A DNA stretch of 64,000 nucleotides from an uncultured Candidatus Rokubacteria bacterium (GCA_963771355.1 CAVYTA010000006.1:192001-256000), one strand, 5' to 3'; shown: positions 40,647-53,444, numbered from the stretch's first letter. The notes: generated by a model not told the origin, from the letters alone. Made by a program: numbers and translations.

Positions 40647-41434
40647 GCGCCGACGAACTCCCGCACCAGGCGCGCCACGCGGTCGGGCTGCTCGACCTGC
40701 GGGGCATGGCCGGCGCCGTCCACGGTTTGCAGCCGCGAGCCGGAAATGCGCCGCGTGAACTCGTCGGCATAGACCAGCGGCACCAGCCGGTCCTCCTTGC
40801 CCCAGACCACCAGCGTGGGCGCGGTCACGCGGTGGATACGCTTCTTGAGTCCCTTGTCCGGGATGGGCCAGATGAACTTGCTGGTGGCGCCCATGGCCCA
40901 CATGAGCCGCACCCGCGCGGCGGCCGCCGCATCCGGCGGCTCGGTGGGGCCGAACATCCGCTGCGCGGCCTCGCCGGTGGGGTCGCGGAGGATATAGGCC
41001 GGCATATCGGTGGGGCTCAGCATGGTCCAGTTGACGACGGGCTCGGCGTCCCGCCAGAAGCCGATGGGATCGATGAGGGCCAGCCGGCGGACGCGCCGGG
41101 GGACCGCCGCCGCCAGCTCGCAGGCGACCATGCCGCCAAAGGAGTGGCCCACCATCGCCACCTCCTCCAGCTTCAGCGCGGTGAGGAGCTCGTCGTAGCA
41201 GAGGACGAGATCCCAGAGGCCATCGAGGTGATAGATGTCGTCATGGGCGCCCGGTGAGGTGCCCGGATGCTCGGGCGCGTACACCGTGAAGCTCTTCGCC
41301 AGCTCGGTCAGGAAGGGATCCCAGTTCAGTCCCCAGGGGCCGTGACAGTAGACCAGGGCGGGGCCCTGGCCGTCCGAGAGCACGCGCATGCGCACGCGGT
41401 TCTGCCAGACGGAAATCGTTTGCTCGGTCCTCAT
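40643..41434 (-). CDS. Alpha/beta hydrolase
   Basis: GHSFGG, WGKEDRLV and AGHAP motifs. Start MRTEQ overlaps the upstream stop. Confidence 0.88.
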   Translation of the reverse strand: MRTEQTISVWQNRVRMRVLSDGQGPALVYCHGPWGLNWDPFLTELAKSFTVYAPEHPGTSPGAHDDIYHLDGLWDLVLCYDELLTALKLEEVAMVGHSFGGMVACELAAAVPRRVRRLALIDPIGFWRDAEPVVNWTMLSPTDMPAYILRDPTGEAAQRMFGPTEPPDAAAAARVRLMWAMGATSKFIWPIPDKGLKKRIHRVTAPTLVVWGKEDRLVPLVYADEFTRRISGSRLQTVDGAGHAPQVEQPDRVARLVREFVGA

Positions 41435-42687
41435 GCCCGGGTCGCCACCGCGCCGGCGGCGGGCTGCGGGGCCGGCGCATCGCGGAGCCCCTCGGGCCAC
41501 CAGTGATTCACCCAGCCCTCCCGGTTCCAGGTGCCGCGGAGGTCGGGCAGGACTTTTCGGGCAAACAGGTCGATGTTTTCTAGCGTGAGCTCGTGCGGCA
41601 TGGAGCCGATCTGGAGCAGCACCATGAGATTGCCCACGTTCAGGTCCTTGATCACTTCTTCCTTGAGCCGGTCGCGCACCGTGGCCGGGCTGCCCGCGAT
41701 GACATAGCCCTTCTCGACGAAATCGCGGTAGCGGAGCGTCTTGGGGTCCTCGGCGCGCCGCAGCGGCTTCGCCACCGTGGCCACCAGGCTGCGATAGTCC
41801 TGATTGCCGGGAGGGGAGAGGTACTGCACGGGCCAGTGCAGGCACTTGTGATAGAAGTACTCGACGTGCTTGGCGTACTTCTCCTCCGCCTGGGCGTCCG
41901 TCTCCCCGACCACGACGAGCTGCAGGAAGCCGGCCCGATAAGGATTGGTCTCCTTTCCCTTCTCGGTGACCACCTCCCAGTAGCCGTCCATCATGGACTT
42001 GGCCGCCTTCGCCCCCGAGTAGCTGAGGAAGCAGTAGCAGACGTCGTTGTCCACGGCAAAGTCGAAGGTGCTGATGCTGCCCGAGCCCGGCACCCAGACC
42101 GGCGGGTGCGGCTGCTGGATGGGGCGCGGCCAGAGGTTCACGTTGGCGAGCTGGTAGTAGCGGCCGTTCCAGGCGAAGATCTCGCGCGCCTGCCACGCCT
42201 TGAGCGTCAGCGCGAAGGCCTCGCGGTAGCGCTCGCGGTGCTCCATGGGCGTGATGCCATAGCAGAAGTTGACGTCCATCGGGCTGCCGAGCGGGAGGCC
42301 GGCCACCAGGCGCCCGCCGCTGATGCAGTCGAGCATGGCGTACTCCTCGGCCACGCGGATGGGCGGGTTGGACGTGGGCAGGGTGGCGCCCATCTGGACG
42401 ATGGCGACCCGGCTCCCGTTCGTCGCCTTGGCGAGCACGGCGCCCATGATGTTCGGGCTCGGCATGAAGCCGTAGGCGTTCTGATGGTGCTCGTTGGTGC
42501 AGACGCCGTCGAATCCCGACCGGGCCGCGAAGAGCAGCTCGTCGAGCGTCCAGTTGTAGTACTGGCCGACCCGGCGCGGGTCGGCGAGCTCCCACCACGG
42601 CGGGGTCACCCACACCGACTCGTAGCGCTTCTCGAAGTCTGCCGGCAGCTCGCGGTGGGGCATCAGATGGAACATGCTGATCTTCAT
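41431..42687 (-). CDS. LLM class flavin-dependent oxidoreductase
   Basis: NEHHQ, PIRVAEEYAMLD and PIQQPHPPVW motifs. Confidence 0.92.
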   Translation of the reverse strand: MKISMFHLMPHRELPADFEKRYESVWVTPPWWELADPRRVGQYYNWTLDELLFAARSGFDGVCTNEHHQNAYGFMPSPNIMGAVLAKATNGSRVAIVQMGATLPTSNPPIRVAEEYAMLDCISGGRLVAGLPLGSPMDVNFCYGITPMEHRERYREAFALTLKAWQAREIFAWNGRYYQLANVNLWPRPIQQPHPPVWVPGSGSISTFDFAVDNDVCYCFLSYSGAKAAKSMMDGYWEVVTEKGKETNPYRAGFLQLVVVGETDAQAEEKYAKHVEYFYHKCLHWPVQYLSPPGNQDYRSLVATVAKPLRRAEDPKTLRYRDFVEKGYVIAGSPATVRDRLKEEVIKDLNVGNLMVLLQIGSMPHELTLENIDLFARKVLPDLRGTWNREGWVNHWWPEGLRDAPAPQPAAGAVATRA

Positions 42688-42715
42688 CGGATCTCCCTTG
42701 GGTGGTCTCGAGGCT

Positions 42716-43501
42716 TCAGGCGGCGGTCACGCCGCCGTCGACGGGCAGGGCCGCGCCGGTGATGAAGGAGGCTTCGTCGGAGAGAAGGAAGAGGGCGGCA
42801 TTCGCGATCTCGTCGGGCCGGCCGGTGCGGCCCAGCGGTACCGAGCCGCCGGCGCGCTTGCGCACCAGCTCCTCCGGGTCCATGCCGGCGGTGGACTTCT
42901 GGTCGGGCCGGGCCACGAACACGCGCAGCATCGGCGTGTCGATGGGCCCGGGACACACCGCGTTCACGCGGATCTTCTCGGGGGCGAGCCGCACCGCCAG
43001 GCTCTTGACGAAGCCCACCACGCCGAACTTGCACATCGAGTAGACGGGGCTATAGGCGGAGCCCTGGAGCCCGGAGGTGGAGGCGGTGAAGAGCAGGCTG
43101 CCGCCCCCGCGGGCGCGCAGCTCCGGGATGGCCGCCTCGGTGGTCATGAGCACCGTGCGGAGATTGAGATCGATGGCGAGGTCGAAGGCGCTCATGTCGA
43201 TGCCCTCGACGGCGGCCGGTCCCGGATGGCCGACGTGGTTCCAGACGAAGTCGAGCCCCTTGAAGCGGGTCACCGTGTCCCACACGATGCGCCGCGAGTC
43301 CTCGTCCCGGGTCAGGTCCGCGGGGATGCCGAGCGCGGTGCCGCCGGCGGCGGTGATCTCGCCGACGACGCGCTGCACGCCCGGCGCGTCCACGTCCACC
43401 ACCGCGACCTGCGCGCCCTCGCGCGCGAAGCGCAGGGCGCCGGCCCGGCCCATGCCCGAGGCGGCGGCGGTCACGATCCCGATCTTCCCGGCCAGGCGCA
43501 T
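42716..43501 (-). CDS. SDR family oxidoreductase
   Basis: TAAASGMG, YSMCK and VNAVCPG motifs. Confidence 0.9.
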   Translation of the reverse strand: MRLAGKIGIVTAAASGMGRAGALRFAREGAQVAVVDVDAPGVQRVVGEITAAGGTALGIPADLTRDEDSRRIVWDTVTRFKGLDFVWNHVGHPGPAAVEGIDMSAFDLAIDLNLRTVLMTTEAAIPELRARGGGSLLFTASTSGLQGSAYSPVYSMCKFGVVGFVKSLAVRLAPEKIRVNAVCPGPIDTPMLRVFVARPDQKSTAGMDPEELVRKRAGGSVPLGRTGRPDEIANAALFLLSDEASFITGAALPVDGGVTAA

Positions 43502-43589
43502 CGGTCCAGATTCTATACCCGTCGGGACCGGGGGGAAACACCGCCCGCGCTTGACACCCGGCCGTCGCGCGGGCAAGTTCGTGAGCGAC

Positions 43590-45608
<2,019 letters not shown>

Positions 45609-45609
<1 letters not shown>

Positions 45610-46571
45610 TGAGCGATACCCTCGCGTTCCTGCTCCAGTACGGCTACGTGATTCTCTACGCCTGCGTGCTGGCCGAGCAGGTCGGGCTTCCGGTCCCCGC
45701 GGTGCCGGTCCTGCTCGGGATGGGCGCGCTCGCCGGCGCCGGAGAGATGAGCCTGCCGCTCGCGCTCGGCGTGGTGCTGGCAGCGTCCTTGCCGCCGGAC
45801 CTCGTCTGGTACGAGCTCGGGCGGCGCCGTGGTCCGCGAGTGCTCGCTCGCATCTGCGCGATCTCGCTCGAGCCGGACTGGTGCGTCCGGCGGACCGAGA
45901 GCATGTTCATCCGGTTCGGCCGGAAGCTCCTGCTGGTCGCGAAGTTCCTGCCCGGGCTGAGCGCGGTGGCCTCGCCGCTGGCCGGGTCGGCCGGCGTGGC
46001 GCGGTGGCAGTTCGTCCTGCTCGACGTCACCGGCGCGCTGCTATGGGCCGGAACCTGGATGGGGATCGGCTATGCTTTCAGCGAGGCCCTGGACGTGGTG
46101 GCGGGTTGGGTCGCCCGGCTCGGCGGCTATGCGCTGCTGCTCGCGGGGGCCGCCTTGGCTGCCTACGTCGTGTTGAAGTATGCCAAGCGGCAGCGCATCT
46201 TCCGAGAGCTGCGGATGGCGCGCATCACCCCCGACGAGCTCAGGCGCCGGATCGACGCCGGCGACGGCGGCCTGGCCATCATCGACACCCGATCGGCGCT
46301 GGACGTGAGGGCGGTGCCCTTTCTGATCCCCGGCGCGATACGGATCGACGCCGACGAGGTCGAACGGCGCCACGCCGAGCTGCCGAAGGACCGAGAAATC
46401 GTCTTGTACTGCACCTGACCCAATGAAGCCACGAGCGCCCGGGTGGCGCTACGGCTCAAGCGACTCGGCTTCATGCGGGTCCGGCCCCTTCTGGGTGGCA
46501 TCGCGCTGTGGATGGACCAGAAATTCCCCGTGGAGGACATCCCGGAGCTTTTACTCGGTCCGCGCCCATGA
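45609..46571 (+). CDS. DedA/VTT-rhodanese fusion, probable selenoprotein (UGA at 46416-46418)
   Basis: DedA motifs EQVGLPVP and AKFLPG. The rhodanese domain continues in frame past TGA as YCT-U-PNEATSARVALRLKRLGFMRVRPLLGGIALW to a stop at 46571. Confidence 0.82.
46427..46456 (+). promoter_or_regulatory. Putative bacterial SECIS element
   Basis: AGCGCC-CGGGT-GGCGCT hairpin with lower stem AGCC/GGCT. Loop starts 22 nt after the UGA. Confidence 0.65.
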
Positions 46572-46699
46572 CTCGTCGGTCGCCCGACGCCATGGGACCT
46601 TTTGCGGCCATGTTTCCGTGCACTTGCCGCCGGGTCGTGCTGGCTCGGTCGAGCTGGAAGCTAGTGAAGCGGCCGAGCCATCAAAAGGGCGTGGCTCAT

Positions 46700-48007
46700 A
46701 TGTTCCGTCTTCTGGGTAGTGTGGCGCTGATCGGGATGTTCTCGGGCCTGGTGGCCTGCGATCGGTCGCCTCAGGTCAACGCCGCCCCCAAGCCGCCCGC
46801 GGTCACGGTGGTGGCGGTCGCGCAACGCTCGGTCCCCGTGTACGGCCAGTACGTGGGTCAGACGGAAGCGGTGAAGACGGTCGAGGTGCGGGCGCGGGTC
46901 GAGGGCTTCATCGAGCGGCAGGTAGCGCCCGACGGGGCCAACGTCAAGGCGGGCGATCTCCTCTTCGTCATCGATGCGCGCCCCTTGCAGGCCGCGCTCC
47001 GCCAGGCGGAGGCCAATGTCGCCCGCGACAGCGCCGCGCTTCATCAGGCGGAAGCAGCCCTGACTCAGCGCGAGGCCGATGTGCGCCAGGCGCAGGCCAA
47101 TGTCGAGCGCGACGTCGCGCAGGCCGAGAATGCCCGCACGCAGGAAGGGCGCTATCGCGCCCTCCTCGAGAAAGAGCTGATCGCCCGCGAGCAGTACGAC
47201 CAGATCCGCACCAACATGACCGCGCTGGAGGCTACCGCGCAGGCCGACCGCGCCGCCCTCGAGAACGCGCGGGCCGCGCTCGCCGCCTCCCGGGCCGCCA
47301 TCGAGAACGCGCGGGCCTCGGTCCGCGCCAACGAGGCCGCGGCCGACAGCGCCCGGCTCCAGCTCGACTACACCTCCATCAGATCGCCGCTGGACGGGCG
47401 CATGGGGCGGGCCGAGGTCCGGGTGGGGGCGCTGGTCGGTAAGGGCGACGCCACGCTCCTGGCCACGGTGTCCACGCTCGATCCGATGTACGTCAGCTTC
47501 AGCGTGAGCGAGCGCGAGGCGCTGTCCGTGTGGGGGCGTCGCCGGGCGGAGATGCCGGCGCAGCCGAGCGTCTCCGGCATCACCCTGACGCTCCCGGACG
47601 ATACCCGGTACGCGCACGACGGGCGGCTCGACTTCGTCGACCGCGCGGTGGACCCGCGGACGGGCACCCTCGCTCTGCGCGCCGCCTTCCCGAACCCGGA
47701 GCGCAAGCTCCAGCCGGGCCAGTACGTACGGATCCAGGTCCTCCTCTCCGAGCGCCCCGACGCACTCGTCGTGCCTCAGGCCGCGATCCAGGAGAGCCAG
47801 GGTTCGGCGTCGCTGTTCGTGGTCGCGCCGGATCAGACAGTGCAGACACGTGCGGTGCGGATGGGACCGCGCCTGGGACCGCTGTGGGTCGTCGAGGAAG
47901 GCGTGAAGCCCGGCGAGCACGTCGTGGTCAAGGGCCTCCAGCAGATCCGGACCGGGATCCGCGTGGAGCCGACCCTGGAGCCCCTTCCGGCCGCCACCGG
48001 GGGCTAG
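46700..48007 (+). CDS. RND efflux periplasmic adaptor (MFP) lipoprotein
   Basis: LVAC lipobox, VEVRARVEG, a long coiled coil, IRSPLDG and VDPRTGT. Confidence 0.92.
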   Translation: MFRLLGSVALIGMFSGLVACDRSPQVNAAPKPPAVTVVAVAQRSVPVYGQYVGQTEAVKTVEVRARVEGFIERQVAPDGANVKAGDLLFVIDARPLQAALRQAEANVARDSAALHQAEAALTQREADVRQAQANVERDVAQAENARTQEGRYRALLEKELIAREQYDQIRTNMTALEATAQADRAALENARAALAASRAAIENARASVRANEAAADSARLQLDYTSIRSPLDGRMGRAEVRVGALVGKGDATLLATVSTLDPMYVSFSVSEREALSVWGRRRAEMPAQPSVSGITLTLPDDTRYAHDGRLDFVDRAVDPRTGTLALRAAFPNPERKLQPGQYVRIQVLLSERPDALVVPQAAIQESQGSASLFVVAPDQTVQTRAVRMGPRLGPLWVVEEGVKPGEHVVVKGLQQIRTGIRVEPTLEPLPAATGG

Positions 48008-48013
48008 CCGCCG

Positions 48014-51000
48014 ATGTTCGTCAACTTCTTCATCGACCGCCCGATCTTTGCCTCGGTGCTCGCCATCGTCATCGTGGTGGCCGGCGCGGTGGCGATTCCG
48101 TTCCTGCCCATCGCGCAGTTTCCCGAGATCACGCCGCCGCAGGTGGTGGTGACCGCCACCTATCCGGGGGCGAGCGCCGAGGTCGTGGAGCAGACGGTGG
48201 CCACGCCCATCGAGCAGCAGGTCAACGGCGTCGAGGACATGATCTACATGTCCTCCCGCAGCGGCAGCGATGGCACGATGACGCTCACGGTGACGTTCAA
48301 GGTCGGTGCCGACCTCGACATCGCCGCCGTGAACGTGCAGAACCGCGTCTCCATCGCCCAGGCGAAGCTGCCCGCGGATGTGACCCGGCAGGGGATCACC
48401 ATCACCAAGCAAAGTCCGGATCTCGTCGAGATCGTCGCCTTGGTCTCCCCCGACGGGAGCCGCGACGAGCTCTACCTGGCGAACTACGCCACGCTCCAGG
48501 TCGTGGACGTGCTGGCGCGGGTGCCCGGGGTGGGGCAGGTGACCGTCTTCAACGGGCGGGACTATGGCATGCGGCTCTGGCTGAACCCCGACCGGCTCGC
48601 CGGCCTGGGGCTCACCGCCGGGGACGTGGCCGACGCGGTCCGGGAGCAGAACCTCCAGGCCGCCGCCGGTCAGATCGGCCAGCCGCCGTCACTCCCCGGG
48701 CAGCAGTTCCAGTACACGGTCACCACGCGTGGGCGCCTGTCGACGCCGGCCGAATTCGAGGACATCATCCTCCGCACGCGGTCCGACGGCTCGCTGCTCC
48801 GCGTCCGTGACGTCGCCCGGGTCGAGCTGGGCGCCCAGAGCTATGGGTCCTTCGGCCGAGTGGGCGGGAAGCCGGCCGCGCTCATCGGCATCTTCCAGCT
48901 GCCCGGCGCCAACGCCCTCGAGGTGTCGAAAGGGGTCCAGGCGGCGGTGGCGCGGCTCGCCCCGAGCTTTCCGGGTGGGGTCACCCATGAGCGCCCGTAC
49001 AACACGACGGAGTTCGTCCGGGTCTCGATCGAGGAGGTCGTGCTGACCCTCCTCATCGCGATCGGCCTCGTCGTCCTCACCGTCTACGTCTTCCTGCAGG
49101 ACTGGCGGGCCACCCTCATCCCGACCCTGACCATCCCGGTGTCGCTGGTGGGGACCTTCGCCGTCATCAGCGTGTTCGGGTTCTCGATCAATACGCTGAC
49201 GCTCTTCGGCCTCGTCCTGGCCATCGGGATCGTGGTGGACGACGCCATCGTGGTGGTGGAGAACACCCAGCGGCACCTCGACGAGGAGGGCTTGGATCCG
49301 CGCGAGGCGGCCCGTCGAGCGACCGCGGAAGTGGTGGGCCCGGTCATCGCCACCGCGCTCGTGTTGATGGCGGTGTTCATCCCGATCGCCTTCCTGCCCG
49401 GCATCACCGGCCAGCTCTACCGGCAGTTCGCGCTGACCATCGCGGTGTCGGTGGCGCTGTCCGCGCTGAATGCGCTCACGCTGACCCCGGCGCTGTGCGC
49501 GCTCCTCCTCCGTCCCGCCGGCGCGGCCCGGAAGCGCTGGCTCGGCCGGGTCTGGGACGCGGGGTTTCTCCGGCTCACCAACGGCTACGATCGGACCGTC
49601 CGGCGCATCGTCCGGCGGGCCGGGCTCGCGGTGGTGGTGCTGCTGCTCCTGGGCGGCGCCGCCTACGCGTTGCTGCGCGTGGTGCCCACGGGCTTCGCGC
49701 CCACCGAGGACCAGGGCTATCTGCTCGTCAACGCCCAGCTCCCCGACGCCGCCTCCGTGGAGCGCACCGACGCCGTCGTTCGCCAGATCGAGCAGATCCT
49801 GCTCGAGACGCCCGGTGTCGAGACGGTGGTGGCCATCGGCGGGCGCAGCTTCATCACGGGCGTCAATGGCCCGAACGTGGCCTCCCTCTTCCCCCGGCTC
49901 ACGGAGTGGTCCCATCGGAAGGCGCCCGAGCTCCAGGCCGGAGCCATCCTGGCCCGCCTGCGCGCGCGCCTCGGCAGCATCCAGGAGGCCTCCATCGTGG
50001 TCTTTCCGCCGCCCCCCATCCGGGGTATCAGCTCCGGCGGCGGGTTCCAGTTCGAGCTGCAAAGCGTGGGCGGCGGCTCGCTCCAGGAGCTCGACGCCAC
50101 CGCCCGGAAGATCATGGACGCAGCCCGCCAGCGTCCGGAGCTGGCGGCGACCTTCACGGGGTTCCGGCCGGGCGTGCCGCAGCTCGACGCGCAGGTGGAC
50201 CGCGCCAAGGCCAAGGCGCTCGGGGTGCCGCTGTCCGACGTCTTCTCGAGCCTGCAGATCTTCCTGGGCTCGCTCTACGTCAACGACTTCAACGCCTTCG
50301 GTCGTGTGTATCGTGTCCAGCTCCAGGCCGAGCCGAGCTTCCGCACCTCCCCCAGCGACGTGGCGCGACTCTATGTCCGGAGCCAGCCCTCCGCCAGCGG
50401 CCAGCCCGCCCAGATGGTGCCGCTGAGCACGCTCGTCTCCGTGAAGCCCATCACCGGGCCCGACACGATCTCCCACTACAATCTCTATCGGACGGCGGAG
50501 ATCGCGGGTGACACGGCGCCCGGCGCCAGCTCCGGTCAGGCCATCGCGGCCATGCAGGACGTGGCGCGCACCGTCATGCCACCCGGCATGTCATATGAGT
50601 GGACGGGCCTCGCCTTCCAGGAGATCGAGGCGGGCAGCCGCGCGGGGTTCGTCTTCGGCCTGTCCGCGCTCTTCGTCTTCCTCGTCCTGGCCGCCCAGTA
50701 CGAGAGCTGGCTCGTCCCTCTGGCGGTGCTCCTGGCGGTGCCACTCGGTGTGCTCGGCGCGCTGGGGGCCCTCTGGATGAGCGGCCTGGCCAACGACGTG
50801 TATGCCCAGATCGGCCTCGCGCTCCTCATCGGGCTGGCGAGCAAGAACGCCATCCTCATCGTGGAGTTCGCCAAGGAGCGCCGGGAGCACGGGACCGAGA
50901 TCCAGGAAGCGGCGCGGGAAGCCGCCCGGCTGCGCTTCCGACCCATCCTGATGACGTCCTTCGCGTTCATTCTGGGCTCGCTTCCGCTGGTCTTCGCGTC

Positions 51001-51190
51001 GGGAGCGGGCGCCGCCAGCCGGAACTCGATGGGCACCACGGTGGTGGGCGGGATGCTCGCGGTGACGGTGCTCGGCGTGCTGCTCGTCCCGGCCTTCTAC
51101 GTCGCGGTGGAGAAGCTCGCGGAGTGGCGGAAACGCCCCGAACCGATCCCCGCTCCGCCGGCCGATCGCGCCATCGAGAGGTCGCGTTAG
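48014..51190 (+). CDS. RND efflux permease (HAE1 family)
   Basis: FFIDRPIFA, GIVVDDAIVVVEN, SKNAILIVEF and RFRPILMT motifs. Confidence 0.95.
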   Translation: MFVNFFIDRPIFASVLAIVIVVAGAVAIPFLPIAQFPEITPPQVVVTATYPGASAEVVEQTVATPIEQQVNGVEDMIYMSSRSGSDGTMTLTVTFKVGADLDIAAVNVQNRVSIAQAKLPADVTRQGITITKQSPDLVEIVALVSPDGSRDELYLANYATLQVVDVLARVPGVGQVTVFNGRDYGMRLWLNPDRLAGLGLTAGDVADAVREQNLQAAAGQIGQPPSLPGQQFQYTVTTRGRLSTPAEFEDIILRTRSDGSLLRVRDVARVELGAQSYGSFGRVGGKPAALIGIFQLPGANALEVSKGVQAAVARLAPSFPGGVTHERPYNTTEFVRVSIEEVVLTLLIAIGLVVLTVYVFLQDWRATLIPTLTIPVSLVGTFAVISVFGFSINTLTLFGLVLAIGIVVDDAIVVVENTQRHLDEEGLDPREAARRATAEVVGPVIATALVLMAVFIPIAFLPGITGQLYRQFALTIAVSVALSALNALTLTPALCALLLRPAGAARKRWLGRVWDAGFLRLTNGYDRTVRRIVRRAGLAVVVLLLLGGAAYALLRVVPTGFAPTEDQGYLLVNAQLPDAASVERTDAVVRQIEQILLETPGVETVVAIGGRSFITGVNGPNVASLFPRLTEWSHRKAPELQAGAILARLRARLGSIQEASIVVFPPPPIRGISSGGGFQFELQSVGGGSLQELDATARKIMDAARQRPELAATFTGFRPGVPQLDAQVDRAKAKALGVPLSDVFSSLQIFLGSLYVNDFNAFGRVYRVQLQAEPSFRTSPSDVARLYVRSQPSASGQPAQMVPLSTLVSVKPITGPDTISHYNLYRTAEIAGDTAPGASSGQAIAAMQDVARTVMPPGMSYEWTGLAFQEIEAGSRAGFVFGLSALFVFLVLAAQYESWLVPLAVLLAVPLGVLGALGALWMSGLANDVYAQIGLALLIGLASKNAILIVEFAKERREHGTEIQEAAREAARLRFRPILMTSFAFILGSLPLVFASGAGAASRNSMGTTVVGGMLAVTVLGVLLVPAFYVAVEKLAEWRKRPEPIPAPPADRAIERSR

Positions 51191-51297
51191 GGCTCGACCC
51201 GAAGCCCCGCATCCGTTTGACCTCCTCCGCGCAGTCTGGCAGGATCGACGCGCGACCTTCCCGACCCCGGACCGGTGCCGTTCCAGGAGGAGGGGAC

Positions 51298-53421
51298 ATG
51301 ATGCGCGGACATTCGATGATGGCTCTCGTGGCGCTCATCCTCGCGGGCCTGTCCGGTGGCGCCTTCGCGCAGGGCGGCGGGGCGGCCAAAGGCTCCGCCG
51401 AGCACATCCGGGCCGCGACCGGCAAGGTCGACGGCGCCGCCATCGCCGCCAATGCGCGAATGACGCGGGACTGGCCTACCCATGGCCTGGACTACGCCGA
51501 GACGCGCTTCAGCCGGCTCAGCCAGATCAACGCGGACAACGTCAAAGTCCTCGGCCTTGCCTGGGCGTACGACCTCGAGTCCACGCGCGGGGTTGAGGCG
51601 ACGCCGCTGGTGGTGGACGGTGTCATGTACGTCAGCGCCTCGTGGAGCGTCGTGCACGCCGTCGACGTGCGTAACGGCAAACGCCTGTGGGTCTACGATC
51701 CCGATGTCCCACGGGAAACGGGCTACAAGGGGTGCTGCGACGTGGTCAACCGCGGCGTCGCCCTCTACAAGGGCAAGGTCTTCGTCGCCACCTACGACGG
51801 TCGCCTGGTGGCCCTGGACGCCGCCACCGGCAACGTAGTGTGGACGAAGGACACCATCATCGACCGCTCGCGCTCCTACACTATCACCGGCGCCCCGCGC
51901 GTCTACAGGGGCAAGGTGATCATCGGCAACGGTGGCGCCGAGTACGGGGTCCGCGGGTACATCACTGCCTACGACACCGAGACCGGCGCCCAGCGCTGGC
52001 GCTGGTTCACGGTGCCGGGCGATCCCTCCAAGCCCTTCGAGGATGCCTCGATGGCCCGCGCCGCCAAGACGTGGGATCCGAGCGGCAAGTACTGGGAGGC
52101 CGGCGGCGGGGGAACCGCGTGGGACACGATGACCTTCGATCCCGACCTCAACCTCATGTACGTGGGCACCGGCAACGGTTCGCCGTGGGCGCGGAGCAAG
52201 CGGAGCCCGGCGGGCGGGGACAATCTCTACCTGGCTTCCATCGTCGCCCTCAACCCCGACACCGGAAAATACGTCTGGCACTACCAGGAGACGCCGGGGG
52301 ACAACTGGGACTTCACCTCGACGCAGCCGATGATCCTGGCCGACCTCAAGATCGACGGCGCCGCCCGCAAGGTGATCCTGCACGCGCCGAAGAACGGCTT
52401 CTTCTTCGTCATCGACCGCACCAGCGGCAAGCTCATCTCGGCGAAGAACTTCGTCGACGTGAACTGGGCCACCGGCTATGACAAGGGCGGGCGCCCGATC
52501 GAGACGCCCGAAGCCCGGGTAGTGGACCGGCCGCGCGAGATCATCCCGAGCCCCTACGGCGCGCGTAACTGGCACCCGATGTCGTTCAACCCGCAGACCG
52601 GCCTCGTCTATATGCCGGTGCAAGGCGTGCCGGTCAACCTGATGGACAACAAGAACTGGAAGCTGGGCGGCAACACGCCCGGTGAGCCCCACGGCGGGCT
52701 CGGCTGGAACCTGGCCATGTACGCCAATGCGGAGCCGCCCAAGAGCAAGCCCTTCGGCCGCCTCGTCGCCTGGGATCCGGTGCAACAGAAGGAAGCGTGG
52801 CGCCAGGAACACGTGTCCCCGTGGAACGGCGGCACGCTCACCACCGCCGGCAACCTCGTGTTCCAGGGCACCGCCGACGGGCGTTTCATGGCCTACAACG
52901 CCACCACCGGCGAGAAGCGGTGGGAAGCCCCGACGGGGACCGGCGTGGTGGCGGGGCCGGTCACGTATCTCGTGGACGGAACGCAGTACGTATCGGTGGC
53001 GGTGGGCTGGGGTGGAGTCTACGGCGTCATGCATCGCGCCACCAACCGGCAGGGACCGGGCACGGTCTACACCTTCGCTCTCGGCCGGAACGTCAAGGCG
53101 CCTGACTTCGTCGAGTACCAGCAGGGCGCGCTGGTCCAGGGCGTCAAGTACGATCCCGCCCATGTGCAGGAAGGCACCCTCCTCTACGTCAGCAACTGTG
53201 TGTTCTGCCATGGCGTCCCCGGGGTGGACCGCGGCGGCAACGTGAAGAACCTGGGCTACGCGTCAAGCGAGGTGATCGGCAACCTCGAGAAATTCGTGTA
53301 CCGGGGCCCGACCATGGCGGTGGGCATGCCCGACTTCACCGGCAAGCTCACGCCGGACCAGCTCGAGAAGATCAAGGCGTTCATCCAGGGTACGGCGGAC
53401 GCGATCCGGCCGAAGAACTAG
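51298..53421 (+). CDS. PQQ-dependent quinohemoprotein alcohol dehydrogenase (type II)
   Basis: Signal peptide, vicinal GCCD, GNGGAE, WDFTS and a C-terminal cytochrome c CVFCH. Confidence 0.92.
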   Translation: MMRGHSMMALVALILAGLSGGAFAQGGGAAKGSAEHIRAATGKVDGAAIAANARMTRDWPTHGLDYAETRFSRLSQINADNVKVLGLAWAYDLESTRGVEATPLVVDGVMYVSASWSVVHAVDVRNGKRLWVYDPDVPRETGYKGCCDVVNRGVALYKGKVFVATYDGRLVALDAATGNVVWTKDTIIDRSRSYTITGAPRVYRGKVIIGNGGAEYGVRGYITAYDTETGAQRWRWFTVPGDPSKPFEDASMARAAKTWDPSGKYWEAGGGGTAWDTMTFDPDLNLMYVGTGNGSPWARSKRSPAGGDNLYLASIVALNPDTGKYVWHYQETPGDNWDFTSTQPMILADLKIDGAARKVILHAPKNGFFFVIDRTSGKLISAKNFVDVNWATGYDKGGRPIETPEARVVDRPREIIPSPYGARNWHPMSFNPQTGLVYMPVQGVPVNLMDNKNWKLGGNTPGEPHGGLGWNLAMYANAEPPKSKPFGRLVAWDPVQQKEAWRQEHVSPWNGGTLTTAGNLVFQGTADGRFMAYNATTGEKRWEAPTGTGVVAGPVTYLVDGTQYVSVAVGWGGVYGVMHRATNRQGPGTVYTFALGRNVKAPDFVEYQQGALVQGVKYDPAHVQEGTLLYVSNCVFCHGVPGVDRGGNVKNLGYASSEVIGNLEKFVYRGPTMAVGMPDFTGKLTPDQLEKIKAFIQGTADAIRPKN

Positions 53422-53444
53422 CCGGGTCGAACAGGAGGCGTCCC

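Noticed and set aside
40643..42613. ORF-track N-terminal extensions (also 36706..37761, 50599..53421, 61467..63536, 45417..46418)
   Set aside because: The extensions overlap upstream genes in another frame. True starts lie downstream at an RBS or a coupled stop.
46700..51190. RND pump lacking an outer-membrane factor as an anomaly
   Set aside because: MFP-RND pairs commonly use a TolC-like protein encoded elsewhere.
51298..53421. Lanthanide-dependent alcohol dehydrogenase
   Set aside because: The active-site segment reads WDFTS and lacks the extra Asp (D-x-D) of XoxF/ExaF/PedH, consistent with a Ca-type quinohemoprotein.
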